64,000 bases of DNA, taken from positions 224,001 to 288,000 of the forward strand of contig CAVPXM010000021.1 of the NCBI GenBank assembly GCA_963709405.1, read 5' to 3'. A program made the translations under genes and the position numbers. Below are positions 57,849-64,000 of this stretch, one piece after another. The notes under the pieces are model-generated. The model was not told the DNA's origin, ran no database searches, and saw only the letters and a program-made list of their open reading frames with translations. Source of the stretch: an uncultured Nitrososphaerales archaeon (GTDB lineage Archaea; Thermoproteota; Nitrososphaeria; Nitrososphaerales; Nitrososphaeraceae). Position 1 is the stretch's first letter, and each line of letters starts with the position of its first letter.

Positions 57849-58208
57849 ATGACAAGTATTAGATCACTCTTAATAATAATTGCATTGTCTGTGATTGCTG
57901 TTTCGCTTATCATGCCATTTTATTCATATAATATATCTGCACTCAAATCACATGATTGCCCTAAATATTGTGATGGTTGTTGTGTTACCACTAAACCTAA
58001 AAATGCTACGGGAATAGGAACTATTACTCCAGAAGGAGCTAAGAGCGCGAATAGTGGACTTATTCAGGGTCCAATAACTGGCGATAATCAAAAATCTATG
58101 GTGCGTAATAATAGCGGTCCAACTCCACCTCCATGTCCACCAAATGGACCAATACCACCAAATTGCACAATGAAACCGTTTCCTAATGCTACTTTAGCAA
58201 TTCGTTAG
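57849..58208 (+). CDS. small secreted Cys/Pro-rich protein
   Basis: Signal peptide; CPKYCDGCC; PPPCPPNGPIPPNCTMKP. Confidence 0.65.
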   Translation: MTSIRSLLIIIALSVIAVSLIMPFYSYNISALKSHDCPKYCDGCCVTTKPKNATGIGTITPEGAKSANSGLIQGPITGDNQKSMVRNNSGPTPPPCPPNGPIPPNCTMKPFPNATLAIR

Positions 58209-58487
58209 CGCGTTTGACTAACATTGTCACTCCTATTAGGAACTAATATACCAATTCGCTGGAATAATTACCAGATATTGTCAGGTCGGGGTTGCCGTTG
58301 TTGTTTACGGTATGCGGCCATCCTCATTGTTCTGCTGTATCCAGACGTTACCACAATTAAAACATATGAATCGTGTGTGATTTGGTTTGACCGACGTATC
58401 ATGAACTGAATGGAATACGTTATTGCTACTGCATTTGCTACAATTAGTGAACATGGTCATATTCTGGTTAGTTCGTTGATTCCTTAG

Positions 58488-58769
58488 TCAGTTAGTGGGC
58501 TTGATTTCATCTAGTTTCAGTTGTCTTGACTTTTCTTGTTCGTCCAACTTTTTTAATGTCTTATAATGATCAAATATAATGGATAGGAAGATTGGCTGTA
58601 TTCTTATAGGACTAGCGGCATAAGAACACGCTGAATTATACAAACGTTCAATTGAAAACATTCTATCAAATAACTTCTTGTCAGATCTGCCAAGACAGTT
58701 GCGAAATTCCTTCCATTCTTCCTTTTCTACTAAGGTTGCTAATCTAAATGATGGAATTGTTCTACCCAT
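58488..58769 (-). CDS. small protein resembling the PolB2-associated family (arCOG07300-like)
   Basis: MGRTIPSFR....E..EW..FR..L...DK..FD.MF...RLY.SA recalled family signature. Confidence 0.7.
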   Translation of the reverse strand: MGRTIPSFRLATLVEKEEWKEFRNCLGRSDKKLFDRMFSIERLYNSACSYAASPIRIQPIFLSIIFDHYKTLKKLDEQEKSRQLKLDEIKPTN

Positions 58770-59033
58770 ACTGATTTACCCGCGTTGATAGACCCTGGGA
58801 TGCTAATTAAGAAGCTGGATGTCGGGTGAGAGGGAGAGAGTGACTATTGCTACTGCTACTACTACTGAAATCTAAAGATGAGCGTTAACTTTTATGCTGG
58901 AATTAATCCAGCCTGTGTAGCGTGGATAGGGTATGAATGAATTGTGAGTGTCAAACTATAGGATTAAGTTGTGGACATCTATTAGGTAGGCACAGGCTTT
59001 GTAGTGCGTGCTCTAGAGTCATTTTTTCTTTGA

Positions 59034-59080
59034 ACGATTCTTATCTATAGAATGCGTGCATTTGGCGCGCGGCCAAGACT
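59034..59080 (+). repeat. direct repeat copy 1 (bipartite dyad) left of the CRISPR array
   Basis: ACGATTCTTATCTATAGAAT-N9-TGGCGCGCGGCCAAGACT. Confidence 0.75.
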
Positions 59081-59349
59081 TACATAGATATGAAGGTTTC
59101 ATCATAGATGTCTGAGTTACGATGACGTAAATTGCTATCCTGCAGGTATTTGCTTTACGTTCTATATGTATAGATCATCACTGTAACTGGAAAAATGAGC
59201 ATGAGCACGACTCAACTTTCCCGTCATCTTTTCTCGATCAGAACCTTGTTATAATTTGAAAGATCCAAATTCAATCAATCATCAAAAGGTAAAATATTTC
59301 GCAGATCAGTATAAAATCTGACTTAGAACCTATCCGAAAAGTAGTTGAG

Positions 59350-59566
59350 GTTGTAATTTGACTAATATAGGATTGGAATAATGACTAGGCGGTATACATC
59401 AAACCCCGCCTAGATGGTTGTAATTTGACTAATATAGGATTGAAACGTCACTAATGAGAACAAAACAAGTAATGCGAGAAAATGTTGTAAATTGACTAAT
59501 ATAGGATTGAAACATCATGAAAGAAGTAATGTTAGATATCGAGGGTGAACCGTTGTAATTTGACTA
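59350..59566 (+). CRISPR. orphan CRISPR mini-array: 3 full repeats, 1 truncated repeat, 3 spacers
   Basis: 30-bp repeat GTTGTAATTTGACTAATATAGGATTGAAAC at 59350 (2 mismatches), 59417, 59484 (1 mismatch), and the first 15 nt at 59552; unique spacers of 37, 37, 38 nt; ATTGAAAC 3' end; no cas genes in window. Confidence 0.92.
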
Positions 59567-59882
59567 TTTAGTCAACAGGGGACTAGCCAGATGGAATCCA
59601 TCAAGAATATTTCACAACCTAAGAATACTAAAGTTCCGTTAACCCTGAGTTTGTACTTGAGATCTATCCCGATAAGTACGTGTAGCCAGAGTTAATCAGA
59701 AAGTTACCTATTTGAGTTAGTTAGATCTGCCATCCATCTGCATGTAGCCGGCCGGATTATATCTTTTTTATGAATTAGGATCTTAACAAATATGCTGACG
59801 AATAGACGCTTAGGAATTCAGATCATTATTCCATTGAGCGGAAATAAAAGAAGACCTCGCTTAAGAATGTAGGAAAAAATAT

Positions 59883-60053
59883 TCAATCAGCAGTTCCACC
59901 ACATGCACAGTAACCTAATTCGTCTATTCTGCAGTTGCAGAATTGGCGATATCCAAACAGATCATAGCTCATTTCCCATGATTCCTTCCCAAATTTGTAT
60001 AAATGAATATTAATCTCATCAGGAATTAATTGCGAAGATTCATTTTTATTCAT
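59883..60053 (-). CDS. small Cys-rich (Zn-finger-like) protein, 56 aa, missed by ORF track
   Basis: MNKNESSQLIPDEINIHLYKFGKESWEMSYDLFGYRQFCNCRIDELGYCACGGTAD; paralog at 35630-35773 keeps the same frame. Confidence 0.7.
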   Translation of the reverse strand: MNKNESSQLIPDEINIHLYKFGKESWEMSYDLFGYRQFCNCRIDELGYCACGGTAD

Positions 60054-60217
60054 TATATTACAATTAAAAAATAAACGCTATATTATATTTAAATTCGATA
60101 TTCTCCCGGTCTACGAAAATAATGTAGAGCTATTATAACATTTCCAGTACAATCTTTTCCCATGCGTTATTAATTACAAGTATCACGTCAAGTTATACAA
60201 CCTCTTCGCATCGCCGG

Positions 60218-60263
60218 ACGATTCTTATCTATAGAATTAGGTATCTGGCGCGCGCCCATGACT
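60218..60263 (+). repeat. direct repeat copy 2 (bipartite dyad)
   Basis: ACGATTCTTATCTATAGAAT-N8-TGGCGCGCGCCCATGACT. Confidence 0.75.
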
Positions 60264-60348
60264 AACTCACATACAGACTACCTGATTAATGTCTAAATAC
60301 ATCGAATCAAAAACAGTCTATATAGGTAAAGTCTCATTTTAGAAAATA

Positions 60349-61402
60349 GATCTCTTGCGTAATTAGCAGTTATGATCTATTAATGCTGCCTATTTTGACT
60401 GTATTCTTAGATTGAAATCCTGTTAGACTGCATCACTCTGAAGTTCAGTATACCGGATACAATATCAGATATGTTATTGTACCTTCTTAGTTTGTTTCTG
60501 AACTTAATACCCATTATTCCAAACTTCTTGATCTTGCATATGGTGTGTTCTACTATCTATGATCCTGAGTCTTGAGTGATTCTTGTTGTATCTCATATCG
60601 TCATTTGAAAGCAAGGTATTCTTTTTCTTTCTAATGGGAAGTACAGACTTTACTGTGGGAAAGTCCTTTTCAATACCAAGATAACCAAGATCAACTATAT
60701 TGTCAACTTGTGATGGAGTTATAGTAGGATGATTGTGTTTGTAAATGTCATAATCATGTTGTTTTCTTCCATTCCTGTGACCTGTCTTATGCAGGATCAA
60801 ACCTTCAGTATTAACCATCAATTGTGTCTTGACAGTATGTTTCCTCTTTCTACCTGAATAGTAACTCTTTCTCTTTCTCTTGTTCTTAGGTCTTGGAATC
60901 TCCTGTTCTGTAGAGTCTATGAAAGCCTTGAATCCAGGGAAGGACTGTTCAACTTCCTCTATAGTTCTTAATCTCTTAGTACGTTTGTATATCTTCTTTG
61001 GCAATGGAATACACTCCTTTAGCAAAGATTCTAGGATAGTCAAATCTCTAAATACATTGCTCTGGTCAAGATCAAATAGAAATCCCGATAATGCATATGT
61101 AATGTACAATCGATAATAAACCAAAAGCATTAGAAGTCTTTCTCTTGGTTTCAGTTTAAACGGTCTACCGGCACCAACATCTCTTTTCCTCTTCCTTTTA
61201 GAAAGACGTCTTCTTTCATATTCCTCATATTTCGAGTCCATTTCTGTGCTTATTTGATCAAATTCTGGTACAGTTAGTCCAGTAAGTGACCTGAATAACA
61301 AAGGCTTTTTGCATAGTCTTCTATATGACATCAAAGAGATATCACATAAATATCCTATATGACGTCGAATATAGCTGTAAGCTTCTAATTACGCAAGAGA
61401 TC
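60349..61402 (-). mobile_element. IS5-family (ISL2-like, DDE_Tnp_4) element; transposase 61334 to ~60430 with a frameshift near 60555
   Basis: Perfect 18-bp TIR GATCTCTTGCGTAATTAG / CTAATTACGCAAGAGATC flanked by TA; GAGRPFKL, IDSTEQEI.RP, YSG.K.KHTVK.Q, DLGY.G. Confidence 0.92.
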
Positions 61403-61576
61403 TAATGTTTATAATCTGATATGATGCATATCGTATTAGAAGACGCTTTTTCCGATATAATTATTATGGGATTTCATCAGAATTCCAGTTTTGTCGACAT
61501 GGATCATGATCCTATTAGGGTAATAATTCTCACATAAAGCGTAAAACTTAACTCCTCGATAAATTACTATCTTTTA

Positions 61577-61771
61577 ATGACTCTAAGCTTAAACTGTAAG
61601 GATGCTGGTGATCCAGTATGCACACACACTATGTATGGTGAAACAGAAGAAGAATTACTACAAAATGCAAAGAAGCACGGTATCGAAGTTCATGGATATA
61701 ATGAACAGACGTGGAACGAAGAAATATCTAAAAATAAAGACCATTTCCTCAAACTCATGAAAAGTTCGTAA
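61577..61771 (+). CDS. DUF1059 family small metal-binding protein
   Basis: C.D.G...C.....GETEEELL....KH....HG. Confidence 0.82.
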   Translation: MTLSLNCKDAGDPVCTHTMYGETEEELLQNAKKHGIEVHGYNEQTWNEEISKNKDHFLKLMKSS

Positions 61772-62734
61772 ATTACTTTTCATCTTTTTTATTGAGTTCT
61801 TTCCAAATATCAGTCCAGAAAAAGCATTAATATCCTTTCGGATGGTTTCCTTGAATTAGTACTTGAATACACCTCTAAGTGAACCAGTAAAAATCACAAT
61901 ACATTATCGTTTCACTATCATGTAATTTCGCTGCAGTCATCAATTGGAGTTCATATTACACAAATATGAGCTTACTGTCTTTAACCAGTCCAAACTTATC
62001 GGTAGATAACCATTCCTCTTTGGAATATTAATATTATATTTGATCATATAATTTGGATTAAAGTCTAATCTCTTTATCTTTCTTTTAAATGCTTACATTT
62101 CGTATCCCTTCCTCCAAAGTTATTCTATTGAATAGGTATACCAGGGTGTGTCTTAATTCTAAACAGAAACAAGCCTGAGCAAAATCCTTAAACGAATGAG
62201 CTTTCTCACGGTCTAATCCCATTAGAGACGTTAATCAATCATTAGGAGTATTTTATGAACGCTAAATGGTGTGTCACAGCCGCTAAAACAAAAGCTTTAT
62301 TATTAGGAGGATGGAAGGAAAAAATTAAACCTGGGTGGGGTGGTCTTTTGACAGGTCCTTCAATACTTGAAACAACTCTTTTTCATCAAGACCATCAATG
62401 ATGTTAATTTTAGCATTCTTTTTAATGCTATCTAACACAGAATCAGCAAATCATATAACTTATCTATATTTTTTATTTTTGTTATCTCTGACAACTTTTT
62501 TAATAAATCGTAACGATTTAGGTTATCTTGTGTTGTTGTAAGTTTTTGTTAATCATCATCGTTAAATTGATCCGTAACCTCTTTGGGCAGAGCAGACATA
62601 AGGCCTGAAGCCACTTTCGGAGTAGATTTTTGAAGAAACATTTAGGTGTTAATTGTTTTACAATGATAGTCACTAACTGCTGTAGCTATTTAATTGATGG
62701 CACATTTAACTAAGCTCATCTTAATTTAGATCTT

Positions 62735-62935
62735 TCACTTGTCTTCCGAATCTCCTTTGTAAATACCAAATTCTTTCAGAATTCTAATAACTGTTGGAAT
62801 CTCTAAATCGAGTTGCATGGCAATGAACTCTTCTCCTATTCCAGATTCATATAGATTCATAACGATTTGTTTTTTATCTTCAGATAATGTTCCCCGCCCT
62901 AAGAGTTGTGACGACGTATTGTCAGATAGTGACAT
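62735..62935 (-). CDS. small HTH-like protein
   Basis: IV.NLYESGI..EFIA.QLDL....V..IL. Confidence 0.65.
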   Translation of the reverse strand: MSLSDNTSSQLLGRGTLSEDKKQIVMNLYESGIGEEFIAMQLDLEIPTVIRILKEFGIYKGDSEDK

Positions 62936-62968
62936 CTTTCTATTTCTATCTTAATTTTAAGTTAACAG

Positions 62969-64000
62969 TTATGTAAACATGTAGATGCTTTCTCCATGTA
63001 AACTGTTTATACTAGTTTTGCCTCTATGTTTTTTATTATAATCACATGCCCAATCAGATACTGCTTTACCTATATCACGTTCATTTTGAAAGGTGGAATT
63101 GTTTATTGCTTGTCGTTGCATCCATAGCCATCTTACCTCTATCAGATTGAGCTCGGGTGATCTGGTGGGAAGAAATACAAGGTGTATCCTTGGATGGATG
63201 ATATTTGGATAATACTGCTTTCACCTTGTTTGATTTATGTATCGATACGTTATCAAGTATCAGAAATATCTGCTTGATACTATCGTCATACTTTTGGTCC
63301 ATTCTTTTGATAAAATCTAAAAACTGTTTTCCGGTTTTCTTTTTGTAGCCATGCGTCCACATTTGATCATTGGTATAATCGTATATACCAAACACGTTTA
63401 GAATTCCCTTTGTCTTTTGAGCTTTGGATACCTTAGACTGTGTAGAGGACCAAGATGTACCGCCATATGTTTTTGCTACTATCGGTCCTTTCTCATCCTC
63501 GTAGAGCAGTACTGAGTCAGAAGACAGGTTACTGTATCTTAGTTCTTCAATTCTCTTTTTTTCAAATGATATTCAGGATCTAGGCTGTATCCCAGAGTAA
63601 TCTTTGACTGCCTATATTTTATTCCGTGTTTTAGGAGGATATTTCTAACCTCGGTGTGGCTGATAGCATCTACAAGGCTCATCTCCTTGGAGACAAATCC
63701 TGCTAGTACTCTTAATGACCATGTGGAAAATGGTAATCCATAATCTTTTCTTGAATTTTTGGTTGCTATCTCCACAATCTTATTCTCCATATCGTCAGAT
63801 ATTTTGATTGGTTTATGCTTGTGTATTTTTGATGCTATTCCATCTATACCTTTTTCATTGAAACGATGAATCCATTTTCTTATGTTGCTATCATGATGGT
63901 TAGTTGCCTTCCTTATTTCAGGAACTGTGTATCCATCATCCTTAAGAAGAATAATCTTTGCACGGTATCCAGATTCTCTATCCTCAAGTATGCTATCATG
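62969..64000 (-). mobile_element. IS630-family transposase (HTH ORF + DDE ORF), 5' end beyond the window
   Basis: KWIHRFNEKG, WSLRVLA, YEDEKGP, LILDNVSIHKS, SPELNLIE..W; A7G slippery tract at ~63555 typical of IS630; additional frameshift near 63190. Confidence 0.9.

Noticed and set aside
59380-59551. Self-targeting of CRISPR spacers within the window
   Set aside because: No match noticed by eye; a proper alignment could not be run
59570-59600. GTCAAC...GACTAGCC as the start of an IscB/TnpB omega-RNA
   Set aside because: Only two short words match; no stem architecture and no IscB/TnpB ORF nearby
63550-63566. IS630 ORF split as a novel recoding site
   Set aside because: Frameshifting on an A-rich tract between the HTH and DDE ORFs is already well known in IS630 elements
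1-64000. tRNA, rRNA or cas genes
   Set aside because: No cloverleaf, rRNA-like GC-rich segment or Cas motif recognised

Overview
AT-rich archaeal DNA, most likely from a soil ammonia-oxidising archaeon (Nitrososphaeraceae). This is inferred from TFB, Nre, a Hef-like helicase, PAC2, CHRD, DUF6659-like, PPOX/F420 and adenylate cyclase-receiver genes, plus low gene density with TATA-led, apparently leaderless genes. The window mixes dispersed housekeeping genes (P-II, creatininase family, TFB, aconitase, BluB, methyltransferases), many small secreted proteins, and numerous IS elements or remnants (IS6, IS481, IS5, IS630, two tyrosine-integrase relics). Five observations stand out. (1) An orphan 3-spacer CRISPR mini-array and a 56-aa Cys-rich gene lie between two direct copies of a ~47-bp bipartite dyad, like a small mobile cassette. 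(2) Frameshifts in otherwise intact genes fall repeatedly on AGCT, suggesting methylation-induced basecalling errors rather than true pseudogenes. (3) Dispersed DNA-repair genes (Nre, SplB-like radical SAM, PolB2-partner-like protein, nuclease-less Hef) carry PCNA-binding-like tails, and two share upstream motifs. (4) A cluster of <60-aa genes is missed by the ORF track. (5) One protein resembles arcadin-1. All calls come from reading the sequence; no searches were run.
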